Source: an uncultured bacterium (GTDB lineage: Bacteria > Hydrothermota > Hydrothermia > WGAB01). From it: a stretch of 56,525 nt of DNA. Below are positions 1 through 8,367 of this stretch, piece after piece (position 1 is the stretch's first letter; each line of letters begins with the position of its first letter). The position numbers and the translations under genes were made by a program. The notes below the pieces were generated by a model, which saw only the letters and a program-made list of their open reading frames with translations, ran no database searches and was not told where the DNA came from. Where the stretch lies: positions 1 to 56,525 of the forward strand of contig CAYQZW010000003.1 in assembly GCA_964422065.1 (NCBI GenBank). Direction: 5' to 3'.

Positions 1-1146
1 CTGGAGGTTTTTGAAGATCTCGGCACCCTGCAGGACGTCCACCTGGTCAGGCGGAAGCCCTTGGTTTTCAAACTCTTTTCGCCGGTCCATCTGGACCTCG
101 ATGTCGGCCCCCAGGATCCAGCGGAGGGTGCGGTCTGAGAGTTTTCCAGAGAGGACCGAGCGGAGCCCGCCCGCATTCCGGTTGAGGTCGATGATGTGCC
201 CGGGGATGGCGATCAGGCCGCTCCGTTTGACCCCGTAAACCGTCACTTTGAGACGGCGGCCTTCGCCCAGCCGGGAATCCACCGTCACCCCACCCTGGAT
301 CTGTCGGATCTGCTTGCCGGTTCCCCGTTTCTTGATGAAGGAACGGGCGGTTTCTGGGAGGCTGTCGGCGGTGGCCTTGTCTAAGGTGCTGGGGTTCAGG
401 GCGTAAGGAGAATCGTAGGCGTTGAAGATGGCCGTGACCTGAGTCCGGGCCGACGCCTGGGAACGGACCACGAGGTTGAAGTTTCTGGCGTCCAATGACG
501 CGTGTTCCCGGAAACCGTCGGTGGTGGTTCGGCTGACCCCCAGCACGTAAGAGGTCCGGCCGAGGGTTCCCAGCGCAGAGCCCTGGAATTTCTGGAGACC
601 GAAGGAGCCGAGGATTGCCAAGGGCTCAAACTGAATCGGGACAGGGGGTGCCGTCCGGGTCTCCAAGTCCAGGACCCCGCCGGCTGCGTTGCCGTATAGG
701 GCAGAACTTGGGCCCTTGATGACCTCAATGCGACGGACCCAGGCCAGGTTGATGTTGTTCAGTTGGGCGGTGCCGTCCGGCATGGTCAGCGGAATGCCGT
801 CCAGCATGAGCCGGAGGCCCCGAACCCCGAACGGCGCACGTGCGCCGATCCCCCGGACCACAATCCGGTCGCCTTGGGACGGGTTATTCCGGTTGAAGAC
901 CACCAGGCCCGGGACCGAGCGGAGGACTTCCTCCAGGGAGAGGGTGGGTTGGCCCTGCCGGACCTCTTTCGGGCCCAGGAGGTCTGCAGACCACGGAAGG
1001 GTCAACAACGGTTCTGCCAGACGGGGCGCGGTCACGATAATCGGAGGGAGTTCGTACATCGGATAGGTCTGGCTGGTATCCGGCTCCTGGCCAGCGGCCA
1101 TGGACGTCCCCACCACCCACACCCCCAGGATCCACCAGCGCCTCAT
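1..1146 (-). CDS. TonB-dependent outer-membrane receptor, YncD-like (N-terminal part; runs off the left edge)
   Basis: Not in the ORF track; translated by hand from ATG 1146 (SD AAGGAGG upstream). Signal peptide MRRWWILGVWVVG, TonB-box-like PIIVTAPR, plug motifs LEEVLRSVPGL, IVVRGIGARAPFGVRGLRLMLDGIPLTMPDG and RIEVIKGPSSALYGNAAGGV. Frame stays open to base 1. Confidence 0.9.
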   Translation of the reverse strand, partial: MRRWWILGVWVVGTSMAAGQEPDTSQTYPMYELPPIIVTAPRLAEPLLTLPWSADLLGPKEVRQGQPTLSLEEVLRSVPGLVVFNRNNPSQGDRIVVRGIGARAPFGVRGLRLMLDGIPLTMPDGTAQLNNINLAWVRRIEVIKGPSSALYGNAAGGVLDLETRTAPPVPIQFEPLAILGSFGLQKFQGSALGTLGRTSYVLGVSRTTTDGFREHASLDARNFNLVVRSQASARTQVTAIFNAYDSPYALNPSTLDKATADSLPETARSFIKKRGTGKQIRQIQGGVTVDSRLGEGRRLKVTVYGVKRSGLIAIPGHIIDLNRNAGGLRSVLSGKLSDRTLRWILGADIEVQMDRRKEFENQGLPPDQVDVLQGAEIFKNLQ

Positions 1147-1768
1147 GGATGACCTCCTTGTTAAGCCCGTGTCCCCAAAAACGGCCCTCAAAAGCCTATC
1201 TAAGGCCTGTGTATTGGAGGAATATCCTGAGGCGCAGACCCAACCTCATCAGGGTTTGATGTTCAAGCAAACCATGTTGAGTCTTGCAGACCCCCATTCC
1301 ACCGTTTATGATACAGGAAAACTTGCCGCACGGGGATGAAAAGGGGATGCCCAGCGAGCAATGACATAAGGTCCAAACACATCGATTTTTAGGGTGGGTT
1401 CCGAGTTCCTGAGCGTGTGTGGCACAGGGCTTGAACGCGGCCAGTCCTGGTCCCGGCCTCTGCGCGCCCTGAAGGTCCGGCAATAGAACCCGAATCCCTG
1501 GCCCCGCGATTCGGGTCCCAACTTGAGCAGGGAGAACAGGTAGAGCCAGCCCCTTTTGTCTGTCTGCAGTACGAAAAGTCAAACTTTCCGTACACTCTGC
1601 AGTACGAATAGTCCAGAGGGCACTGTTTCGCCCTTCTTGAGCCGATTTCCGGCCCCCATTCTCCTGCCCCTTTCCCCGGCCCAGGGCCTCTGGCCCCTGT
1701 CCCAAACCCCCCCAACGCTCACTGTTTCCTTTACACCGTCAGGTCGCTCGTGTATAAATAGCACCGTG

Positions 1769-3244
1769 ATGAGCCAGAGACAGCCTGAAGAATACGAAGT
1801 CCGGAAGAAGAAGCGCGAAGAACTCCAGGCCTTGGGGATCGAGCCCTACGCCTATCGGTTTGAGGTCACGCACCACGCCCGGGAGATCAGAGAGCGCTAT
1901 CCGGAATTTGAGGGAAAAACCGTTCGAATTGCGGGGCGAATCATGGCCAAGCGGGTCTTCGGCAACCTCATCTTCTCCCACCTCCGCGACGAGAGCGGCG
2001 AGATCCAGATCGCCTTCGAGAAGAAGACTACCGCCTCCCCGGTCCCTGAAATGGCGAGCACCAAGTTCGTCAAGAAGTATGTGGACCTGGGGGACATCCT
2101 GGGCGTTGAAGGCGAGGTCTTTCAAACCAAGACCGGAGAAATCACGGTCCGGGTCCAATCCTTTGTGTTGTTGGCCAAAGGGCTACGGGCATTGCCCGAG
2201 AAATGGCACGGCTTACAGGACCCGGAGATCCGATACCGCCAGCGCTATCTGGACATGATCGCCAACCCGGACGTGCGGGATCGGCTCAAGACCGCTTCCG
2301 CGATCCTCCAAAAGATCCGATCCTTCTTCTTGGATCACGGCTTCCACGAGATCGACACCCCGATCCTTCAGCCGATCTATGGAGGCGCGTTCGCCCGCCC
2401 GTTTGAGACCTTTTCCCATGCCCTGAATACCCGCCTCTACCTCCGGATCTCCGACGAACTCTACCTCAAGCGCCTCTTGGTGGGAGGCCTCGAACGCGTC
2501 TTTGAGTTCTCCCGTGACTTCCGCAACGAGGGCATTGACCGCCTACACTACCCCGAGTTCACCATCCTGGAGGCCTACGCCGCATACTGGGACTACATGG
2601 ACATGCTTGACCTCGTGGAGGAACTCCTGCATGCCCTGGCCGTCCACGTCTGGGGCTCCCCAAAGGGAACCTACCGAGACCAGCCCCTGGATTTCTCTCG
2701 TCCGTTTGCAAGGATCGATTTTATCGAGAGTCTGAGTGAGCGCCTGGGGGCGAACCCCCTGGACCTGCCAGAGGACGACCTCCGCGAACTCGCCCGCCAA
2801 CACGACGTCAACCCCAACCACCCTCGACACAAGATCATTGACAAACTCTTTGACCAACTTGTCGGGGAGACCCTGTTCCAGCCGACGTTCGTCCTGGATC
2901 ATCCCCTGCTCCTCTCGCCCCTGGCCAAGCGCCATCGCACCAAACCCCACCGCGTGGAACGCTTTGAACTCTATGTGGCCGGGATGGAACTCGTCAACGC
3001 CTTCTCGGAATTGAACGATCCTGTAGACCAGCGCCAGCGGTTTGAGGAACAACTCCAACTCCGCGCCAGTGGCGACCTGGAAGTCCCCTTAGAGATTGAC
3101 GAGGATTTCCTGACAGCCTTGGAATACGGGATGCCGCCCGCCGGCGGGATCGGAATCGGCATGGAACGCCTGTTGATGATCCTCCTGGACCAGCCGACCA
3201 TCCGCGATGTCATCCCCTTCCCTCAACTTCGGCCAAAAACCTGA
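1769..3244 (+). CDS. lysS: Lysine--tRNA ligase (class II)
   Basis: OB-fold anticodon domain, LPEKWHGL, RYRQRYLD, GGAFARPF, FRNEGID, LEYGMPPAGGIGIGMERL, IRDVIPFP. Start ATG 1769 or in-frame GTG 1766. Confidence 0.97.
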   Translation: MSQRQPEEYEVRKKKREELQALGIEPYAYRFEVTHHAREIRERYPEFEGKTVRIAGRIMAKRVFGNLIFSHLRDESGEIQIAFEKKTTASPVPEMASTKFVKKYVDLGDILGVEGEVFQTKTGEITVRVQSFVLLAKGLRALPEKWHGLQDPEIRYRQRYLDMIANPDVRDRLKTASAILQKIRSFFLDHGFHEIDTPILQPIYGGAFARPFETFSHALNTRLYLRISDELYLKRLLVGGLERVFEFSRDFRNEGIDRLHYPEFTILEAYAAYWDYMDMLDLVEELLHALAVHVWGSPKGTYRDQPLDFSRPFARIDFIESLSERLGANPLDLPEDDLRELARQHDVNPNHPRHKIIDKLFDQLVGETLFQPTFVLDHPLLLSPLAKRHRTKPHRVERFELYVAGMELVNAFSELNDPVDQRQRFEEQLQLRASGDLEVPLEIDEDFLTALEYGMPPAGGIGIGMERLLMILLDQPTIRDVIPFPQLRPKT

Positions 3245-3268
3245 GCCCTTGCGCTCGGGCCCCTGACC

Positions 3269-4483
3269 ATGAACAAAACCGAACTCTTCCTGGCCCGTCG
3301 TTTTCTGATCCATAGCCGGAAGGGGACCCTGCCCATCCTGGTCCTGTTCTCTATCCTCGGGGTCCTCCTGGGCACCGGGACCATGCTTGTGGTGAACGGC
3401 GTTATGTCCGGCTTCCACCACGAACTCAAGGCCCGAATCCTGGGGATGACCCCGCATGTGATCGTGCGGAAGTTCTTTGATGCCCCGATCTCCGACTGGT
3501 CCCCCTTGGTCCGGGAGATCCAGAAAATGCCCGAAGTCAAGGCCGCCGGGCCCTATCTCCTGACCAAGGTGATGGTCCGGACCCGGGAATATGTGGACGG
3601 CGCTGTGGTTCGGGGGGTCCCGGAAGACGGTGGAGTGAAGGGGCCAGACCTCCAGAAGGCTGTGGTGATGGGGGAGTTTGACCTGAGGCCCGGCCATGTA
3701 CTCCTGGGCTCCGCCCTCGCATCCCAACTCCGCGTCACCCCGGGCGATACCATCGAACTCCTTTCCCCGGCCTCCGCCGTCCAGACCCCGCTGGGAACCC
3801 TCCTGGAGCCCAAACAGGTCATCGTCTCCGGGATCTTTGACGCCGGACTTTACGACTACAATGCTACCCTTATCCTCGGGAACCTGCGGGATGTTCAGGA
3901 CCTCATCGATTGGCAATCCTCCATCCTGGGGATCGAGGTGGACCTCCAAGACCCCTATCGTGCCAAGGCGTTTGCCCAGAACCTGGAACAAAAACTCGGC
4001 TACCCCTTCCAGGTGCTCTCCTGGACCGACCTCAATCGGAGCCTCTTTGCTGCCCTGAGCCTGGAAAAACTGGCGATGTTCCTGGTGCTCATCCTGATGG
4101 TGGTCATCGCATCGTTCTCCATCATCGCGACCCTGACAATCATGGTGACCCAAAAGACCCGGGAGATTGGCATTCTCCGATCGTTGGGGTTCTCCCGGAC
4201 CCAGATCCTCCGGATCTTCCTCTGGGTAGGGATCGTGATTGGGGTCTTTGGCATTTTCCTCGGGCTTTTGGTGGGCTATGGAGTGGCGGCTTTTATCCAG
4301 TATTCTGGCCTGGTCCGCTTGCCTCCGGAGGTCTACTTCATTGATTACCTGCCGGTCCTGATCCGAGCCCGGGATGTCGTCCTGATCGTGGTCTCTGCCC
4401 TGATTGTTGTGGTCGTGGCTTCCCTGCTGCCGGCCCGCCGGGCCGCCAATCTCCATCCCGTGGAGGCGATTCGGTATGAGTGA
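3269..4483 (+). CDS. lolE: Lipoprotein-releasing ABC transporter permease (LolC/E family)
   Basis: ELFLARRFL, VNGVMSGF, periplasmic domain, KTREIGILRSLG, VYFIDYLP, PARRAANLHPVEAIRYE; follows lysS. Confidence 0.92.
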   Translation: MNKTELFLARRFLIHSRKGTLPILVLFSILGVLLGTGTMLVVNGVMSGFHHELKARILGMTPHVIVRKFFDAPISDWSPLVREIQKMPEVKAAGPYLLTKVMVRTREYVDGAVVRGVPEDGGVKGPDLQKAVVMGEFDLRPGHVLLGSALASQLRVTPGDTIELLSPASAVQTPLGTLLEPKQVIVSGIFDAGLYDYNATLILGNLRDVQDLIDWQSSILGIEVDLQDPYRAKAFAQNLEQKLGYPFQVLSWTDLNRSLFAALSLEKLAMFLVLILMVVIASFSIIATLTIMVTQKTREIGILRSLGFSRTQILRIFLWVGIVIGVFGIFLGLLVGYGVAAFIQYSGLVRLPPEVYFIDYLPVLIRARDVVLIVVSALIVVVVASLLPARRAANLHPVEAIRYE

Positions 4484-5171
4484 GACCGTGGTCCTCAGGG
4501 CGCGCAACATCGTGCGGGAGTTTCCAAGCGGCAACGAGATCCTCCGGGTCCTCAAAGGGGTGTCCCTGGATCTCCATGCAGGGGAGATCGTGGGGATCTT
4601 CGGCCCATCTGGCGCAGGCAAAAGTACCCTGCTCCATATCCTGGGGACTCTGGACCGGCCCACCCAGGGGGAACTCTGGATCCTGGGACAAGACCCGTTT
4701 CGCCTTGGAGACCCCGAACTTTCGCGGTTCCGGAGTCAAACCATCGGCTTTGTCTTCCAGTTCCATCACCTCTTTACAGAACTCACCGCCCTGGAGAACG
4801 TGATGTTACCGATGATGCTGCGGGGCCTCCCGGACGCCCGGGCCCGGGCCGAGGCCCTCCTGGAGGAGGTCGGGCTCCAGGATCGGATGCATCACCGACC
4901 CACAGAACTCTCGGGGGGCGAGAGCCAGCGGGTCACCGTCGCGCGCGCCCTGGCGAACGAGCCCCCGATCCTCCTGGCCGACGAGCCCACGGGCAACTTG
5001 GATTCGGCCAACGAGGAACGCCTCCTGGACCTATTTCAGGCCCTCAATGAACGCCATGGAACCGCCATTCTCATCGTGAGCCATAACCGGCGGATCCAAT
5101 CCTTTTGTCATCGAGCCCTCTACCTCAAAGACGGAGTGTTGAGCCATGAACCTGAGAATCGTACCCCTTGA
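4476..5171 (+). CDS. lolD: Lipoprotein-releasing ABC transporter ATP-binding protein
   Basis: Walker A GPSGAGKST, FVFQFHHL, LSGGESQRV, ADEPTGNLD; overlaps the lolE stop. Confidence 0.92.
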   Translation: MSETVVLRARNIVREFPSGNEILRVLKGVSLDLHAGEIVGIFGPSGAGKSTLLHILGTLDRPTQGELWILGQDPFRLGDPELSRFRSQTIGFVFQFHHLFTELTALENVMLPMMLRGLPDARARAEALLEEVGLQDRMHHRPTELSGGESQRVTVARALANEPPILLADEPTGNLDSANEERLLDLFQALNERHGTAILIVSHNRRIQSFCHRALYLKDGVLSHEPENRTP

Positions 5172-6069
5172 AGAAGCGAAGGACGAGTATCGGACAGCAT
5201 TGCGACGCGCCAATAACGCCACGGTGTTCCACACCGTGGAATGGCTGGAATGCATCCACCAGGCCTTGAATGGCCGGGTTTATATCGGGTTTGCAGAGGA
5301 CTTCGCAATCCCCCTCTTCGTCAAAGGCAAACCCCCGTTTCGCCGGGTCTTCTCTCTGCCGTATGACACTTACGGCGGCCCGTTGGTCCGACGAAACCAG
5401 ACCGTCTCCATCGACGCCCTGTATGCCCCCTTGGATTGGGTACGGATCGTGGATTACCGAACGGTCGTGTCTGAGGCCAAGCGATTCCGGGCCCTCCAGT
5501 GGGTGACCCACGTGATCTATCTCCGCGGCGGAATGGGGGAGGTCCAGGATCGCTATACCGGCTCCCTCAAAAAGGCCCTCAAACAAGCCAAGCGCCGGGG
5601 CCTTGACCTGGAGACCCTCCGGGATCCCAGCGAACTCCGCGTGTTCTATCAACTCTACCTTCAGACCGCCAAACGCAACAAGTTGCCGGTCTACCCCTAC
5701 CGACTGTTTCGGGAGATCTTTGAGCGGATGGTGCCAAAGGGGTATGCCACCTTTTACCTCGCGCGCCACGAGTTGGAGGCCGTGGCCGGCCTTCTGGTCT
5801 TAAAAGACCACAACATGGCCCTGGCCTGGGTGGATGGCTATAAGGAAGAGGCGCTGCCCCTGCGCCCGATGAACGCCCTGATCGACAAGTCGATCCGGGA
5901 CGCCGCCCGGCTCCGACTGAACGTCTATAACCTGGGCAGTACCCCGACGAACCGGCCGGGCATCGTGAAGTTCAAGGAGAGTTTTGGAGCGGTGACGTAC
6001 CACTTCACGGTCTTTGAACACCTGCCGGTCCACCAGGCCCTGGCGCGGTGGATCTTGCGGAAGGGCTAA
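5146..6069 (+). CDS. FemAB-like GNAT-fold acyl/aminoacyl-transferase
   Basis: TVFHTVEWL, SLPYDTYGG, KKALKQAKRRGL and the C-terminal G..KFKESFGA motif typical of FemAB/BioF2-like GNATs. Confidence 0.75.
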   Translation: MNLRIVPLEEAKDEYRTALRRANNATVFHTVEWLECIHQALNGRVYIGFAEDFAIPLFVKGKPPFRRVFSLPYDTYGGPLVRRNQTVSIDALYAPLDWVRIVDYRTVVSEAKRFRALQWVTHVIYLRGGMGEVQDRYTGSLKKALKQAKRRGLDLETLRDPSELRVFYQLYLQTAKRNKLPVYPYRLFREIFERMVPKGYATFYLARHELEAVAGLLVLKDHNMALAWVDGYKEEALPLRPMNALIDKSIRDAARLRLNVYNLGSTPTNRPGIVKFKESFGAVTYHFTVFEHLPVHQALARWILRKG

Positions 6070-6074
6070 AGCCC

Positions 6075-6533
6075 TCAGGCGCCTTGGGACCGGAGTCGTT
6101 CCAGGGCCTTTTGCAACACGGCCCGCTCTGTCTTGTAGGAGAGCCGTGCCAGGGCCTCTTCGGCGGGCAACCAGAGGACTTCATCCACCTCAAAGTCGTG
6201 CCGGGAAGGGTCCCCGCCCGTGCAGACCATGAGGTAGAAGTACACGATTTTGTGATGTCGGACCTTCTGGCCCGAGTCGTCTGGCCAGACGAACCAATAG
6301 TCAATTTTGTCAATCAGACCTTGAGGTTGGACTTCCAGGCCGGTCTCTTCCCGGACCTCGCGGACGGCGGCCTGTTCCGGGGACTCCCCTTTTTCAATCA
6401 GGCCCTTGGGCAGTGCGAAGCGGTCGCCCACCCGAATCACTGCGATCTCCAGCCCGGTCGGCCCTTTCCGATAAACGACACCTCCGGCCGAGAACTCCAG
6501 GACCGTAGGGATCTTCTTTTTCGGCCCAGCCAT
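6075..6533 (-). CDS. NUDIX hydrolase (Ap4A hydrolase/MutT-like)
   Basis: FSAGGVV and Nudix box PKGLIEKGESPEQAAVREVREETG. Start placed at ATG 6533. Confidence 0.9.
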   Translation of the reverse strand: MAGPKKKIPTVLEFSAGGVVYRKGPTGLEIAVIRVGDRFALPKGLIEKGESPEQAAVREVREETGLEVQPQGLIDKIDYWFVWPDDSGQKVRHHKIVYFYLMVCTGGDPSRHDFEVDEVLWLPAEEALARLSYKTERAVLQKALERLRSQGA

Positions 6534-6595
6534 CCCCAAAATTCTATGGCTCAACAGGCGCCCCGGTGTCCCCCGGGCCAGCGGTCTCCTGTTCC

Positions 6596-6624
6596 TTGAC
6601 TCCCCGGAGGAAGGCCCGTAAAAC
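6596..6624 (+). promoter_or_regulatory. Sigma70-like promoter of umuDC (probably leaderless)
   Basis: TTGACT-17 nt-TAAAAC, then 7 nt to ATG 6632. Confidence 0.55.
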
Positions 6625-6631
6625 ACTGGGG

Positions 6632-7033
6632 ATGCCACGAGGTACGAAACCTGAAGACAGCCTGCGGTTCATGGGATTTGCGTCGCCCGCAGAGGACTTT
6701 GCGGAGCGGCCGTTAGACCTTCATCGCCTGCTGGTTCCTCGTCCCTCCGCAACCTTCTTTTTTCGGGCGGAGGGCAGTGGATTGGAGCCTTCTGGGATCC
6801 ATGCGGGCGACCTCCTGGTCGTGGATCGGTCAGTTCGGCCCCGGACCGGCGATATCGTGATCGCCGTTGTGGACGGTGAGTTCGTGGTTCGACGACTGAG
6901 ACGACGCGGCAAGACCGTGTTCCTGGAAACGGACGACCCCAGCATCAAGCCCATCCGACGGTCCGTGGGGGAGGAAGGCCTGGAGATCTGGGGAGTGGTC
7001 CTCCATGTCATCCACTCGTTCCGGAAGACATAA
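6632..7033 (+). CDS. umuD: UmuD-family (S24) Pol V subunit with substituted catalytic dyad; alternative start ATG 6671
   Basis: GFASPAEDF, PSATFFFRAEG, GDLLVVDRS, GDIVIAVVDGEF, WGVVLHVIH; directly upstream of umuC. Confidence 0.9.
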   Translation: MPRGTKPEDSLRFMGFASPAEDFAERPLDLHRLLVPRPSATFFFRAEGSGLEPSGIHAGDLLVVDRSVRPRTGDIVIAVVDGEFVVRRLRRRGKTVFLETDDPSIKPIRRSVGEEGLEIWGVVLHVIHSFRKT

Positions 7034-8321
7034 ATTCGTTCTTATTGACGCCGACAACTTCTATGCCTCGTGTGAGCGGGTGTTTCAGCCGCATCTCCGG
7101 GGCAAGCCGGTCGTGGTCCTTTCCAACAACGACGGCTGCGTGATCGCACGGTCTGCAGAAGCCAAGGCCCTCGGAATCCCCATGGGTGCCCCGGCCCACC
7201 TCTATGAGCCGGTCTTCCAGAAATACGGCGTGGTCACCCTTTCCTCCAACTTCACCCTCTATGCCGACATGTCCCATCGGATGTTTGACGTCATCCGCCA
7301 GTTCACACCCTGGATGGAGATCTATTCCATCGACGAGGTCTTCCTGTGGGTGGATTCGGCAGAATGGAAGAGCGGGAAAGCCCTGGGCCGGGCGATTCGG
7401 CAAACCATCCGGCAGTGGATTGGTATCCCCGTAACCGTGGGGCTCGCCCGAACAAAGACCCTGACCAAGGTCGCGGTCGAGGAAGCCAAGCAGAACCCCA
7501 GATGGAAAGGTGTGCTGGATCTGGAAGAAGAGGAGGGGGTTCGGGAGGCCCTGCTCCGGACGTTGCCCGTGGAGGAGGTCTGGGGGATCGGGCCCCGGCT
7601 CGCCCGGTTCCTGAGGGCCCAGGGGATCGAGACGGCCCACGACCTGCTCCAGCGCCCTCAGGCGTGGGTCGAGAAGCACCTCACGGTCCAGGGCCTCCGC
7701 CTCTGGCTCGAACTGGCCGGGACCCCGTGTTACCCCTTGATCACGGCCCCGCCCCTCCACAAGAGTCTCCGGACCTCCCGCACCTTCCCGCGAGATCTCT
7801 TTGAATTTGAGAAACTCCGGGAGGCCGTGGCGACCTTTGTTGCACGTACTGCCGAGAAACTGCGGGCCGAAAAGGCCGTCGCCGGCCGGGTTGGGGTCTT
7901 CATCATGACCAACCCCCACAAGCCCGAGGCCCCTCAATACCGCGCGGAGGAGTTTCGGAAACTCCCACAACCCACAGACTCCACCCTCGTCCTCCAGGAG
8001 GTGGCCCTGGAACTTCTGGAAGAACTCTACCGGCCCGGATACGGCTACAAACGGGCCGGCGTGGTGCTGGCCGACCTTTATCCGCGATCGGAATACCCCC
8101 GTTCCCTGTTCCCCTTGCCCTATGATGAAGCCAAACACCGCCAGTTAATGAAGGCCATGGACCTCCTGAACTGGCATTACGGGCAAGACACGTTGCGGCT
8201 GGCCGCTTCAGGCTTGGAACACACCTGGCGGATGCGCCAGCGCCATCGATCGCCCCGATTCACCACCCACTGGGACGAAATCCCGATTGCAAGCACCCGT
8301 GTTCCTGCCCATCGTACATAA
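7005..8321 (+). CDS. umuC: Y-family DNA polymerase V catalytic subunit
   Basis: LIDADNFYASCE, VVLSNNDGCVIARS, YSIDE, VWGIG, YKRAGV and C-terminal WRMRQRHRSPRFTT (DUF4113-like). Confidence 0.95.
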   Translation: MSSTRSGRHKFVLIDADNFYASCERVFQPHLRGKPVVVLSNNDGCVIARSAEAKALGIPMGAPAHLYEPVFQKYGVVTLSSNFTLYADMSHRMFDVIRQFTPWMEIYSIDEVFLWVDSAEWKSGKALGRAIRQTIRQWIGIPVTVGLARTKTLTKVAVEEAKQNPRWKGVLDLEEEEGVREALLRTLPVEEVWGIGPRLARFLRAQGIETAHDLLQRPQAWVEKHLTVQGLRLWLELAGTPCYPLITAPPLHKSLRTSRTFPRDLFEFEKLREAVATFVARTAEKLRAEKAVAGRVGVFIMTNPHKPEAPQYRAEEFRKLPQPTDSTLVLQEVALELLEELYRPGYGYKRAGVVLADLYPRSEYPRSLFPLPYDEAKHRQLMKAMDLLNWHYGQDTLRLAASGLEHTWRMRQRHRSPRFTTHWDEIPIASTRVPAHRT

Positions 8322-8367
8322 CGCCAATCTTTCATTGGGATCCATGGGGCGAGGAGAGTCGAGGCAA

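Noticed and set aside
1230-1255. CTGATGAG on the minus strand in the TonB receptor leader, resembling a hammerhead core
   Set aside because: No GAAA or stem III follows; no cobalamin or TPP riboswitch consensus found either.
1196-1715. ORFs of 169 aa and 108 aa in the intergenic region
   Set aside because: No SD, no recognisable motifs, and they overlap promoter-like sequence.
3089-4663. Long antisense ORFs (also 7008-8138, 35554-36768, 43193-44731 and others)
   Set aside because: Shadow frames of well-supported GC-rich genes on the opposite strand.
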